Counted from the stretch's first letter, positions 15,301 to 29,447 are shown. The stretch is DNA of 64,000 nucleotides from Bugula neritina (GCA_964035545.1 OZ037765.1:744001-808000); one strand, 5' to 3'. Translations and numbers: made by a program. The notes: generated by a model not told the origin, from the sequence alone.

Positions 15301-18300
15301 CCATTTCAGCTGTAAACTCCCTTCAAATCACTCAACAATTTTTTGTAGCTGATTGGACGTTGTCTTCTCATTAGAAAACTTCTGATTGGCTAAAGCCAAG
15401 TGACCTAGTGTTTTATATTCTGTTGAAATGCACTGAAGATAGAAGGAATGAAAAGCAATTTATTCGTATCACACTTTGGACCTACTCTATCATATAATAT
15501 ACTCTCCTGTTGTACACATGTGTATGCTGTCACGCTCAGTCAGCCCCTGACTTCTAGTTGTGTAATAAAGTGCGGCATTGCTCTTGTGTTCCTGCAGGCC
15601 ATCACCCCGCCAGACGTCTTCATAGCTCCCTCCATGACTGCTGCCGCTCCAGCCGTCAGCGCCCTGCCAACAGCCTCTGCTATTGCTGCCGCTGCTGTTA
15701 CTGCTAAACTCACAGCCCTAGAAGCTCAGCAGCCCATCAAAGACATGGAGAAGGTACCCCCACCCGCAGTTGTGAAGCCAGAACCTCAGTCTTTACCCTC
15801 AGTTCCACCTCCCGGGCTGGCCACGACCGTAGTGAGTTGATTCTACACCCTATACTGTTATATTATATGTTGAGGTGAAAAGTAAATGTTGAACTGAAAT
15901 ACTGTTTATAAAACGACATTTCATTGGACAATATTTGCAGCCGCCGGTTGGTCTAGCCACGCCCTCTCTTTCCACCAACGTGCCGGTAGCCGTACCTCCA
16001 GCCGCCATAGCCCCGCCTCCCCTCAACCCTCCTGTGATAAACATGGGGCAGGGGGTGCCGGCCCCCGACATCAACTACACGATGCCCACCGGTGTCTCCT
16101 CTACTATGACCACCGACCAGCCGCCGCCCACCACCGAGGACAACACCATCGGTGCCCAGGAGAACATGAAGATCAGTGGCAGAGACGCCAGACACATGGT
16201 GATGCAGAAACTCATGAGACAGACAGACGAGGTACTGTATGACCTTGACTCGTAGTCTGTGAACCAGATATGAGTTGGCGAGTGTGTTGGGTGGGGTCTG
16301 CGCTATGTCACAGAATATTGTTGGTCTGCAGGCTATAGTGCAGTGTGAAGTGTGTGTATTATATGTTCTATATAGTGTAAAGTGTATTATATGTTCTATA
16401 TAGTGTAAAGTGTATTATATGTTCTATATAGTGTAAAGTGTATTATATGTTCTATATAGTGTGAAGTGTGTGTATTATATGTTCTATATAGTGTAAAGTG
16501 TATTATATGTTCTATATAGTGTAAAGTGTATTATATGTTCTATATAGTGTAAAGTGTATTATATGTTCTATATAGTGTAAAGTGTGTTATATGTTCTATA
16601 TAGTGTGAAGTGTATTATATGCTCTATATAGTGTGAAGTGTATTATATGTTCTATATAGTGTAGTGTATTATATGTTCTATATAGTGTAAAGTGTGTGTA
16701 TTATATGTTCTATATAGTGTGAAGTGTATTATATGTTCTATATAGTGTAAAGTGTATTATATGTTCTATATAGTGTAAAGTGTATTATATGTTCTATATA
16801 GTGTGAAGTGTGTATTATATGTTCTATATAGTGTGAAGTGTGTGTATTATATGTCCTATATAGTGTAAAGTGTATTATATGTTCTATATAGTGTGAAGTG
16901 TATTATATGTTCTATATAGTGTAAAGTATGTGTATTATATGTTCTATATAGTGTAAAGTGTATTATATGTTCTATATAGTGTAAAGTGTATTATATGTTC
17001 TATATAGTGTGAAGTGTGTATTATATGTTCTATATAGTGTAAAGTGTATTATATGTTCTATATAGTGTAGTGTATTATATGTTCTATATAGTGTAAAGTG
17101 TATTATATGTTCTATATAGTGTAAAGTGTGTATATATTCTATATAGTGTAGTGTATTATATGTTCTATATAGTGTAAAGTGTATTATATGTTCTATATAG
17201 TGTAAAGTGTGTATATATTCTATATAGTGTAGTGTATTATATGTTCTATATAGTGTGAACTGTGAAGTGTATTATATGTTCTATATAGTGTAAAGTGTGT
17301 GTATTATATGTTCTATATAGTGTAAAGTGTATTATATGTTCTATATAGTGTAAAGTGTATTATATGTTCTATATAGTGTAAAGTGTGTGTATTATATGTC
17401 CTATATAGTGTAAAGTGTATTATATGTTCTATATAGTGTAAAGTGTGCGTATTATATGTTCTATATAGTGTAAAGTGTATTATATGTTCTATATAGTGTA
17501 AAGTGTATTATATGTTCTATATAGTGTAAAGTGTGTGTATTATATGTCCTATATAGTGTAAAGTGTATTATATGTTCTATATAGTGTAAAGTGTGCGTAT
17601 TGCGTAACATGGTTGGCCCAGAGGACCTGGATGAAGACCTCCAGAACGAGGTGGAGAGCGAGTGCAGTCGATACGGCAGCGTGGAGCGAGTCATCATATA
17701 CCAGGAGAGACAGGGAGAGGAAGAGGACGCCGAGGTCATCGTCAAGATCTTTGTGGAGTTCACGTCTCAGTCAGGTTAGCGAGTTACATCCAGGTGTTTC
17801 TAGCCGGCTTTGATTATTCATTGCTGCTACTTCAACCAATCACAGCGCACTGTTCGAGTGATGCTCATAGGCTTGAGGTTGTATTTCGAGTTTGTCACTT
17901 GTCAGCTCTCCTACTCCCAGCCGATACTCTTTTATCTGTGAGGCGAGAAGTAAAACTCTTGATTAGGCAGCCAGTGTCTGTCTGTGTGTCAGATGATTCA
18001 CAGAGTATCCGGCTGTAAATACTGGAGACTGAATCATGACCAGTAGACTGTCGAGTTGAAATGCTTTTCAAAATGAATATTTTTCAATTTCAGCAGCTTC
18101 GCAGACTGATTTGATCGGATAAGACCAAATTTACAATGTAATGTAGATCTACTCAAGTATACACAAGCGCATGTATATTCTATTTGAAGGTGAGATAATG
18201 TTCTTGTTTTTCAGAGGTAGAAAGAGCTGTAGCTGCATTGAATGGTCGGTATTTTGGAGGGAGAATTGTAAAAGCAGAGAAATATAACCAGGATCTGTAT

Positions 18301-18324
18301 CAGGCTAAAGATTTCTCAGGGTAG
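12340..18324 (+). CDS. PUF60: Poly(U)-binding splicing factor PUF60 (half pint); exons 12340-12357, 12533-12731, 13248-13494, 14186-14399, 14706-14833, 15066-15240, 15598-15831, 15941-16231, 17585-17774, 18215-18324
   Basis: [23 protein letters not shown]...[16 protein letters not shown]...HKGFAFVEY (RRM1), [11 protein letters not shown]...HKGYGFIEY...[20 protein letters not shown] (RRM2), [17 protein letters not shown]...[25 protein letters not shown]...[14 protein letters not shown] (UHM). Confidence 0.97.
13488..13772 (+). repeat. Tandem array (22-31 bp unit, 12 copies) of the PUF60 exon-3 donor junction TGCAG|GTGAGTTGACA
   Basis: First copy is the true donor (exon ends 13494); 11 further TGCAGGT(G/A)A copies follow. 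Confidence 0.93.
14018..14190 (+). repeat. Tandem array (~39 bp unit, 4-5 copies) of the PUF60 exon-4 acceptor junction ATGTAG|AATAT
   Basis: tagtaatattgtattatataatgatgtagaatat repeated; last copy is the true acceptor (exon starts 14186). Confidence 0.88.
14513..14671 (+). repeat. Intronic ~15-bp minisatellite (AAGTGTTGATAGTTG-like)
   Basis: Direct reading; lies inside PUF60 intron 14400-14705 and does not include a junction. Confidence 0.85.
16335..17600 (+). repeat. Tandem array (~28-32 bp unit, ~40 copies) of the PUF60 UHM-exon acceptor junction TATTATATGTTCTATATAG|TGTAAAGTG
   Basis: Last copy is the true acceptor (AG 17583-17584) giving CKVCVLRNM, matching the conserved STVMVLRNM-type start of the UHM. 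Confidence 0.93.
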
Positions 18325-18656
18325 CCCCCCTCCCCTCCCCACCCAATAACTGACTAACAACCTTACTCTGTAATTAGCTTATAATATGTAAATATACTTT
18401 TATTGGAAAATCACATAATCATTGCCTCAGTTTATCACAGATCAAAGTTACGGAATACAGTGAATGATACAAAACCTATTGGTTGGCAAAAATTTACAAA
18501 ATAATACAAAATATGTTTCGGTTTCCAGCAGAAGATACAAGTATCTACTGTATTCAATCATACTATGGATGACCTTGATAGGTTGTGCCTCTCAACGGCT
18601 CTGTATCCATCAGCAACCCCAACTTCCTGTCCTCACAACAAATGTAAGGTCATGCT

Positions 18657-21600
18657 TCACCAACTGCCTCGCTCGTAGAACAGCATGTACGGTACAGTTG
18701 TGTGCACGTGCTCAGCAGTCACTTCCCTCGTGTCAAGGTCGGATGTGTACACCCACTGGTTGTTGAACTTCCTGTAACAGATATAGTGTCCCGAGTTCTC
18801 ACTTCCCCGGTGTTCTATGACAGCAACTAGTCGGTACCATATTGGCTGCGAACTTGATGTGGGCGGAGCATCTGCAGTTTCTCGGGGAATCTCATTGGAT
18901 AATCCCGACAGGTTCATATAATTTCTATAAAATAAATTTGTCAAAATATGTTCAACATTTGACTCCAATGTGATGTAGAAAGCTGCTCAGCAAGACTAGG
19001 AGATCTCAAGGTACGAGAGTGTAAAGACACTGTTTTAAACAAATCTGCAACGATAGTTTTACCCTAAGAATTCCACTAGCCAACTATGTTTATGGCTCAA
19101 TACTTAACAAAAAATAACTTGAAGGTTGAAACAATATTGCCACAAAACACAAGCTAGTAATTTGGGTGAGATTTTATTACACAGATTGACTGTGCATATC
19201 TAACATGTATACACTGGCAGACAAGAGTTTAAACATTGACTTCTAGAGTTTAGTTATAAGAATACCTTGATGCTGACAGCTTATTCATTCTGTAGAGTTG
19301 TGTGAACTCACTGATGTCTAGTAGAGATGGGAAGATAACTCTGTCATGTCTTTTTATAGCCTCGTGGTAACCGTACCAACCTAGTCGCTGAATGTGAAGA
19401 CATAGGCAGGCACAACTCTAAGGGAGGAAACAGTTGCAGACATAAAATACAACCTGAAAATTTGATATAAGTTATTATTGGATATATTTCCAGTTTCATT
19501 ACTTGTAGAAGAGTAAATAACAATATTTATTCCCCTTCTCCAATTTTGTTGAAAAATATATTTTTGTAGCCATGACCATAGCATGTCTCCAGGGAGACAA
19601 CTCTAGCAATAACTTTACAATATTCAAGTTTAAGGCACAATAACTTTAACTAGGATATAATCCAAATGAATGTAAACCTGTCCGTGACTCCAAACTCCTG
19701 ACTACAACTGGAAAACTTTACCTTCCCTATACTCTGCTCGCGCAGGAAATCAGATTGAATCAGTCCTCCAGTCATCCGAGAGCAGTTCTCGCAGTCTACA
19801 TCTGAGACGGTATCGGACAGGAAGTAGTATCTGAGTAGTTCCTCTAACTTGTAGACTGACTATACGAGAATAAACCAAATACTCAACTATCAAAGCAATA
19901 GTTTCATTTCTAAGCTGATCTCAAGATTAGCTAAGAAATGGAACGGAATTTTAATGACGACAAGAAGTAAAATAACTGATTGAAAATATGAAAAATATTG
20001 TTGCACAATGCATAAAACTTTGTCAAATATCGATATATAATATGCAGTTTTATAATAATATCTACCTTCATACAAACTTGAGTATTTGTGTATTAACTTA
20101 CGGATGAGGAGGCGGGCGGGAATGACAGACTAAGACTTGTAAACTCTGTATATTTAGTGGAACTCTAAAACATAGAGAAGACAAATCCAACAAAGTGACT
20201 GAATAAACATGCAGAGTTGTTTACTCACAAGTATATATAAAAGTAGAAGACAACTCTAATACACGACCAAAGTTGCTATCACAATGACTGGAGCAAAACA
20301 AAACTCCATAGATACATTAGCTAACATCAAAATCCTGTGAAATGCTTACTTGCTTCTATTCTTACCTTCTGCATACAAGACTTGCACCTCATGCTGGAGG
20401 CGATGTAACCCACTGTGGGAGAGGAGGAGGGAGGAATGTAACTGCTGCTGCTTTTAGCCTTGTGAATCACAGACACCGAGTCTCCAGTTACAGGGTGGTC
20501 CTTGCGACCAGCCTTTAGAGCCGTTTCTTGGACTATGCAGTGTAGCCCTGCAGGTGTGGCTCGCAGGTTGCCACTAGAGTGCAGCAGATCCATCAAAGCG
20601 TGGAATAACTCATGTGCGTCCTGAATACAAAATCACATTATCAGGGTTTAGTATAGCACTGTAATGTATACTATAGTATAGCACTGTACTGTACACTATA
20701 GTATAGCACTGTACTGTATACTATAGTATAGCACTGTACTGTATACTATAGTATAGCACTGTGCTGTATACTATAGTATAGCACTGTACTGTATACTATA
20801 GTATAGCACTGTACTGTATACTATAGTATAGCACTGTACTGTATACTATAGTATAACACTGCACTGTATACTATAGTATAGCATTGTGCTGTATATTATA
20901 GTATAGCACTGCACTGTATATTATAGTATAGCACTGTACTGTATACTATAGTATAGCACTGTACTGTATACTATAGTATAGCACTGTACTGTATACTATA
21001 GTATAGCACTGTACTGTATACTATAGTATAGCACTGTACTGTATACTATAGTATAGCACTGTAATGTATACTATAGTATAGCACTGTACTGTATACTATA
21101 GTATAGCACTGTACTGTATATTATAGTATAGCACTGTACTGTATACTATAGTATAGCACTGTATACTATAGTATAGCACTGTACTGTATACTATAGTATA
21201 GCACTGTATACTATAGTATAGCACTGTACTGTATACTATAGTATAGCACTGTACTGTATACTATAGTATAACACTGTATACTATAGTATAGCACTGTACT
21301 GTATACTATAGTATAGCACTGTACTGTATACTATAGTATAACACTGCACTGTATACTATAGTATAGCACTGTACTGTATACTATAGTATAACACTGCACT
21401 GTATATTATAGTATAGCACTGTACTGTATATTATAGTATAGCACTGCACTGTATACTATAGTATAGCACTGTACTGTATACTATAGTATAACACTGTACT
21501 GTATACTATAGTATAACACTGTACTGTATACTATAGTATAGCACTGTACTGTATACTATAGTATAGCACTGTATTCTGTACTATAACACTGAACTCTAGA

Positions 21601-22725
21601 GAAACTGTAGTATAAAACTAGTATAAAGCTACTCTAGACATACGTGCTGCTCTCCATGACTGCCCACCCAGCCTTCGGATCGAATCTTATCGAGAAGTTG
21701 AGACAGAACTCTGGCGTCCACAACATTTGACCCTCCAGTGTCCTTGAGATCTACAAAGGAATAGCTGCTAAGACAGAGTGAAATATATAATAAAGTTATA
21801 TGAGAGCGAGAGTTGTAGACTGGAGATAAATTCTTAAAAGCAGAAGCGCAGCAAATGGTTATGTAATTCCATGAATGAATCACATCTTGTTGTTAAATGA
21901 ATAACATAAATCGTTTTGATAAAAGAGTACAAATCAAGCTATACAAAGGCACAAAACACATTCTGCATAGCATGTAAAGGTAAAGCAACTCCCATTTCAC
22001 ACTGAATATATTTTTAGACAAGTTCGAAAATCACCTGTAATAATTTGGTTCAAAAGAGTCCTAACGTCACTGCTGGTATTAGCCTGTGTAGTTAAACGAG
22101 ACTCTGATGGAGAAGGGGGCGTGTAGAGTGACCCGCTATCTTTAGCTATCCAATCACAAAAGGACTGGCAAGAAGCCAGAGCTTGCAGAATGACGTTGAA
22201 AAAGCAGGTTTGACCCAAATTCATGAGACCTGCAGCTGTGGGAATTGTCTCCCCTGCAGAATATTCTCATGTCGTCAAACAAAACAAACATTCAGTCAAA
22301 TAGGAAGAGGTTAAGTTTACATAACTATACAATGTGACTGAACATGAATATATCTTGAACTCAGACATGAAACAATTTAAAATATTATAGAAATATTGAG
22401 TGAAAATAGAGTGAATTACATTTGCATTCAATAACCATTACTAATATTAATGGAATATATTTTTTAAAAACAAAATTCTACTTGAACAGCTCTGAAAGAC
22501 AAATTGTCCCATTAAAATATAATGCTTTTCATGATCAAATTATAACTACAATATATTTATGAAGCAAATGAATTACTTATTCGTATTATTATCTCATCCT
22601 ATGCAATACTTACCAGAAGGCAAAAGCTGCAAGTTCAATCCACTGACCAATTTATCACCAAAGAAGATGTAAGCAGCAGTGGAGGCAGCAATAGCACCGT
22701 AAAACCAATATTCTGGGGGACACAT
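18657..22725 (-). CDS. USP30: Ubiquitin carboxyl-terminal hydrolase 30-like (mitochondrial USP); about 9 coding exons
   Basis: N-terminal hydrophobic anchor (YWFYGAIAASTAAYIFFG), Cys box GLMNLGQTCFFNVILQALASC, EQHDAHELF, His box YRLVAVIEHRGSENSGHYICYR...WVYTSD...PYMLFYER. Confidence 0.88.
20650..21575. repeat. 25-bp minisatellite TATACTATAGTATAGCACTGTACTG (~37 copies) filling a USP30 intron
   Basis: Direct reading; intron runs from donor ~21643 to acceptor ~20621. Confidence 0.95.
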
Positions 22726-23633
22726 GCTACCCCCAACCTAAAATAGAAGCATCATGTATCTAAGGCTCAGTTATTTATTAACACCATCTTAAAACTGTTT
22801 GTAAAACTGATATTACGATTATCATATTTATTGTTCAATCATCGTAATTGTCTATTTTTTTGTCATATCAAATCCAAAATTTACAAAACATTGGATTGGA
22901 AACTATAAATTGTACATTTATATTTAAATTTAATTATAAAATCTACATGTAAATAATCAATTCATAAATCATAATGGTTCAAAAATGATTGTTTAAGCAA
23001 GACTGCCTATGCTTTACACTTTTATATCCAAATACCTCAATTGACCATTTGAATTTAAATTTTCCACTTTTATTTAGTGAGTTAGCTTTTCAGTTTCTAT
23101 TTAAATTTCATTTAAAGTTTAAACCTTGCCATGAGACAAAATTTCAACTTCAAAGTGGAGTCTGCAAAAAACTACATTGGAAAGAAATCTATGAAACTCA
23201 AAACCCACTCTAGGTCTAACAAAGAATACAACAAAAATGAAAATGTGAATAACTGCATGGTAGTTATTTTGGTAGTTGTAGAACGAGATAATATATTACT
23301 TATAAGTTATATCATAAATAATCATATATGCTAATAAATGAGAATTTTCTACTTGACTGTTTGTACTTATAGATTATAATGATAGTGATATTTATATCAA
23401 TTCAATAGAATTTATCATAAAGCAATTAACAGTAAGTTCAACTATTACTAATTTAGTATTAGTAATACTAATACTAAGAGCAATACGAATAGACCAAGAC
23501 ATAGTATCACTATAAGTAACATAGTTATAGTATTACTAAGTTTATACTTTATCTTATAGTTTATAATCTTAACTAATACAATGAGTATAACTGTGTAAGT
23601 ATACTACTAAGAGTAATACTAAGAGAATCAGCA

Positions 23634-23876
23634 TAGGTATACCTATAGGATAATATTAATACTAATTATAATATTAATAAAGATTAACTATTAACTAATT
23701 AAGTCTAAGACTAAGAGTAAGTCTTACTTCACTACTAGAAGTAGTAAAGTAAGACTTACTCTTAGACTTAATAGTTAATATTGAATTTAATAAACAGGTA
23801 CAGCCTGTAAGTGCACTACGTCTACAGGTACTACTTAATCTTTATTGTTATTAATATTATCCTATAGTTATACCTA
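23634..23876. repeat. Imperfect ~240-bp fold-back palindrome upstream of the USP30 coding start
   Basis: Outer arms ggtatacctataggataatattaata / tattaatattatcctatagttatacc (1 mismatch); inner perfect 19-bp arms ctaagagtaagtcttactt / aagtaagacttactcttag. Confidence 0.8.
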
Positions 23877-25120
23877 CTCCTAGTACTAGTAGTAGTAGTA
23901 CTACTACTACTCATACTGTACTACTAATTTAATAGACACGCTTGTTTACATTAATACCAAATACTTTTTGTCTAAATTCAAAATAATTTTGCAAGCTATC
24001 TAAAATATGCTTTTTAAAATACATCACTTCAAACAGAGCAGGCGTAGATATTTTCCCATCAGTATCACTATCAGTATCTATGCACTGATGAATGTAATTT
24101 AGATGAAGAGTGAGCACAAAAATTTCAATGTCATTTGTATGTTAAGTTTAGCTTCAAGAACCGATTTCAAACTTGACCTGCTACACTAAAATGAGTTTTA
24201 TTCGATTTCAGGCGTATCATTAGCATTCTTCGTCAAATGAATGCATTTTAGTTTAGATGAATAAATAGCGAATCGGTTTCACAAATTTCTTTGGTTGAGA
24301 GTGGGCAACTTCTTATATGATAAATTATACCTTCCATCTAGAATCTGGATTCTAGTGCATTACACATTTTATTAGAATTCCTTTCTAATTATATATGTTT
24401 ATTGATTATGGAAGCAGTACGTTATTATGATTTATGTATTTACTGAAACTAACTATTACAGCAAATTGAAACAAGCTCCAGAAAACCTGACAACTACAAG
24501 TAACACAAACTCAGTGCAGTTATGAAAGTTTTTATAAATATCTACGTGGCTTCAATATATTATTATGCCTTACTGCACTTAAACTCACATTGTATCACTA
24601 CTCAACATCTTTAGGATAAGTATGGGTTTGCGATGCTATCTAAATCATATTTATAAGGCAGAAACAAGAGCAACTAATGATAGTAAACTGAATTTATTAA
24701 AGCATGTTGTTGATGCATCTGTTACAGTGCATGGAAAAGTGTCGGCACAACAGCTAAATATAAACTTGTTATCAATAAATAAAAATAGTTACAGTAAGTA
24801 TGCTATACGTTTACATTAAATTATCACAAACAATATAAAAAATGAGAATGTGGCCAAACCAGAACCAATATTTGAGCCAGATTGTCTTTGGTCCATGTAC
24901 CATGCAGGTAACAAGTAGGCTATTGTAATATAATGATATAACATAATATAATACTGTTACATAAGTAGACAATATATAGAAAATTATTTTTGAGTGGTAG
25001 AAATGCTTGATACTTCAGGAAAGACATAATGATAATTTATAAAACAGGCATGTGAAAAAATTAAGATTTTCTTGTTTAAAAACTAAAAAAACAACAAAAA
25101 TAATTATAAAAAATATTATT

Positions 25121-27158
25121 TTACTCAGGTTTGATATGAGTGACATTATTAGCTGCTGGGGAGTGAGTTGGATTGTCTATAGTGCTAACTCCATTCCTAT
25201 ATCTACTAGTACTACTAACACCATTGGCTTGTTTACTCAGCCCATTATTTAGACTCATCTCCCCCGAGCCCTCCTTTTTATTATGGGAAGGGAAGAACAT
25301 TCTCCCGTACTTCTTCTTGGCGTAGCCGAGGATGTAGTAATAAAACACCGCACTCAGACTGAACATACTAACTGCTCCAACTTTACCTAACACGTCGTCG
25401 TTAGGATACGAGACATACTCTAACATTACGTACCCGCTCAGTAGAAACCTGAACGCCCCGAACACGATAATAAACAGGAAGTCCACAATCTCGCCTAGTA
25501 TAGTCTTGCTGTATCCGGCGTCTTTGAGAAACCAGCGGAGTTGAAGCAAGGGGTTGCTAACCTCTGTTGCCCCAATAACTGCCACTAGTTCTGTGCCCCA
25601 CTTGCCTTGGAATATCATGTTAGCCATGCCGAAGATACTGAGAACATGGTGAACTATCATGATGCGGGCTACAAGTACACGGGAACTGAGGCTAATAGTG
25701 CAGAAATTAAAGTTGTTTTTCCACAGTCATTAATATTATGCCTACAATTCTTATACATTCCATACAGGCTTGTAGTTACGTTAACTTTGGGATACATAAA
25801 ATAACAAATTACTTTTCCAATTAATTTATTTTACAACATTACAGAACATATACCTAATAATGCACCCAAGTAGAGATCTTCAAATTATGTTCACCAAACT
25901 CAAACTATCATAGAAAACCTTAAAGCTTAAAGAGATGACAACACCTATTACGGCCAAAGAGTAAATATTAATTCAATTATACAATAAACTTTTGGATGAA
26001 AGGTAGACTTACGTTCAGTTTGATAGCATAAGCACCACACAAAGTCAAATATGAAGTAGCCTAGACAGAGCTTAGCTATAAACATCTGAGTGTTGTTGTT
26101 TGGTAAACCTGAAACATACAACTCTACCAGTTAGTAATTCTTTTCTCCTAACATCTCTGTAATATCCACTCATTCTTATGCTTTACCTTTACATATTCAC
26201 ACAACCAAGTTTTCCCTGCTTTGACATTTCAGGCAAATCAGTATTAAAGTTGGACCAAACTTAGAGCTGCTAATTTTAGCTGTGTGCTGTTTTTTGTACA
26301 TGTCATGACTTGGAATTTCTAGTAAAAACATATGTTTATGGTGTTTACCTGCTCATAAAGTTATACAATTTTATATTTTTGAAAAATTAAAAGAAATCAT
26401 AGAATTTATGAGAGACTAAAGCAAGCAGCTGGCACCAAGCTTGTTTATCTTGTGACAGAAAAACATTTAAATTGATTAAATTTGAAGCAGCAATATGAAG
26501 TATGCAGGTTGACCTTTAACCTTTGTGCAGAGCTACTGGACTCTATTGCAAGATAAGAAGATCCCAAAGTAAATAGCCACAGAACTGATGGAAGATAAAA
26601 CCAATTGCAGCTACCACAGATAACAGTTAAATAATTTAAATAAACAAAACCTGATGTCCTGGATGAATGCCAACACTAAAGTAACACTTTGAATATAAAA
26701 GAACTTATCTCACTGGATGATGACTGATGTACTGATCGAAGTAGGTTATCACTCTGATTACAGAATCAATTAACCAAATCAGTAACCAAATTGAAAATAG
26801 TGAAAGTGAGTGAGCGTGTCTGCGCGTGTGTGTGTGCCTGCGCGTGTGTGCGTGCGTGAGTGTGTGTGCGCGTGTGTGTGTACCATCACTCACCTGGCTC
26901 TATACCAAACACTGAAGGACCCTCCACACACTGACTGTAGTATGAGAGATAGGTGACCAGAGTTCCATGAGTGAGGGACACAACCCGGCACCTCCACTCT
27001 GCCGTCCTGTGGGACCACAGGCTAAGCTGTATGCGGTACATACTGGCCCAGAGTGTTGTGTATACAGTTAGTGCAAAGAGTTTACTCCCTGCTGTCTCTT
27101 CATTCAACTGACTGCCTCGCAAAGTGCTACTATGTGTCCAGTACCTCAGCACCTCCAT
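25121..27158 (-). CDS. TLCD5: TLC domain-containing protein 5 (TMEM136-like); exons ~27158-26894, ~26108-26013, ~25689-25121
   Basis: TAEWRCRVVSLTHG, PGLPNNNTQMFIAKLCLGYFIFDFVWCLCY, MIVHHVLSIFG, GATEVSNPLLQLRWFLKDAG...DFLFIIVFGAFRF are TLC-domain hallmarks. Confidence 0.88.
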
Positions 27159-29447
27159 GGTGTCTTAACTAGGGTTATGTTTCCCTCCTACAAATGTTGT
27201 TAATGGAATTAATACCAGCTATGAACTGATAGAATTTACAAAGAAATGCCACGTGTTATAGAGTATGTAAACACAAGATACAAGTACTGAAGTAGCATTG
27301 ACAGGCAACACAGCCACACAACAGAAATAAAGCATGAAGGGAGAGAAAGGAGTTACTGTGAATCTTCATATAAGCCAGCATAAATGATCAACAACTTCAT
27401 AAAAATAAGGACACCCACTTATAAAATATATAAATAATGTAGGCACGTGAAAATAACTACATGATAAAGACAAAAAGCTCTTGAAAATGTCTGTCCGTGG
27501 ACCATTATAAAAAAACAGCAGCAAATTTACAAAATGCCATCAAACCAACTTTTTTTTCATCGTATATTACAAAAAGTCATTTAAATTAAGGCAACGGAAA
27601 ATACTTTTAGTACAGGTTTTGCTTTTTATAATTTATCTATATACATGACAACACTCATTATTACACCAAATATTTAAAATAATTTGACAGTACTAAAACT
27701 TAAATTATAAAGTAATCCTACTGATAATAATGACAGCAGAAACTTGTATATGTCACACCAAGATACTAAATCTAAATTTTCTTAGAGACTTGAAACTGGC
27801 ATTCAGTATTGTGCTTGTACAAATAATTGAGACTAGAATGTATTATTATAATTATTTATCAATAGATTAGCCATAGTGATAGTAGCAGCAGAATTGCAAT
27901 AAATTATAAGTGATAAAATAAACACTAATAGTATAACTATATTATAATATAATAAACCCGACATTAAATTTAAAATGGAATTGCAAATAGTAAACTATTA
28001 ACTAATACTAACAGCAATGACTTCAAAACTTAAGCTTACCATATCGAAATTGAAATGACGAATACAACTACAAGTACAACTACAAGACACAAGCTGAAGC
28101 ACAGCCACAAGCTAAGATATTTTATCTTCTTCTACTTCTAGTATTTAGTATAAGTATAACTTATTTAATAATATATTTATAAATATATTATAGTAAAATA
28201 AATACCAATATTCATATTGGCAATATGAATATTGCCATTGGTATATATTTAATAAGTTATTAAATATATATTAATATTGGTACTACTACTAGTACTAGTA
28301 ATGGCAGCAATGGGCTAGCACTAGCAGTAGTAACACTTAAATAGTACTGCTACTAGCTTGCTCGCTCAGTTGCTGATAATGGTAGCTAGTGTCACTGTCA
28401 GTGAACAGTGAACATGGCAAGATGAAGATCAAGATCAACATCATTCTGATTCTCAAGTTGAACTTGAACATCAATTTGAATTTTTGATTACACTTCCAGT
28501 TTCATATGATAATATTTAAAGAAAATAATTTATATTTAAATATATTAAAAGGCTTAAATAACGAAAGAATAATACAAGAATATTGAATAGTGCAATTTTA
28601 GTGTCTGTAACTCAATGAGTTTGAATGGTTGTTAGAAAAAAGTTCAAATGCATATTAGTGTTGCTTGGCTTTTACAGCATTGCAAACTACCTTCAGGCCC
28701 AGCCTGAGAAGGGCGTTCTTTATAGGGCTCTCGTTCTATTCGTTTACTTCACGCAATAGATTTGCTGCCAAGTTTCTTGGTTATTCCGCATACATCCTTC
28801 GACTCATAAATGGTTTGAGCGACATGTAATAAGGCGCGAAGTAAAACAAAATGTAATGTGGAAGTAACTCCTAAAATATAAGCCTTAAATTTGTAATGAT
28901 GGGTGCAATGGTTATACATTTATATTTCATAGATATATTTTAGCATTTTTGACAAGGAAAGAGGTCCAATGTATTATCAGTCTAAATTTTCAATTTATTG
29001 ATTGCGCAAATATTTGTTCTCTCAAAATGTATAAACATGACTCATGAAAGTTATGAGACTTCAGATGGAATAGAAAATTGCTGCTGTACATTATAGTTAG
29101 ACAGATTCAATGCAATCATTTTGTTCATTTTGTTTATTGTGATGTGAAAGGTAATAGGAAAATAGTACACTGTTGTCGTATATATACAAATGCAGATACA
29201 GTTCTACAAATTGAATCACATCCACAATAACCTCATATAACTATTTACATCTACACCATGGTCACTATGGTGCAGATTAACTATATTATACTACTAGTTA
29301 TTGTAATATTATTGCACAGTTTGAATCTGAGTCATCAATATGACTATGAGACGCACGAGACGTGGTATTCCAACAAGCTCAGCTCTGTACTGGGCAGCAA
29401 ACGTCTCAGATTTCAAGTCTCAACATGAAAAGATGGAGGAAATGACA

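Noticed and set aside
16335-21575. 25-32 bp arrays as CRISPR-like arrays
   Set aside because: Head-to-tail units without unique spacers, inside spliceosomal introns of a eukaryote, no cas genes.
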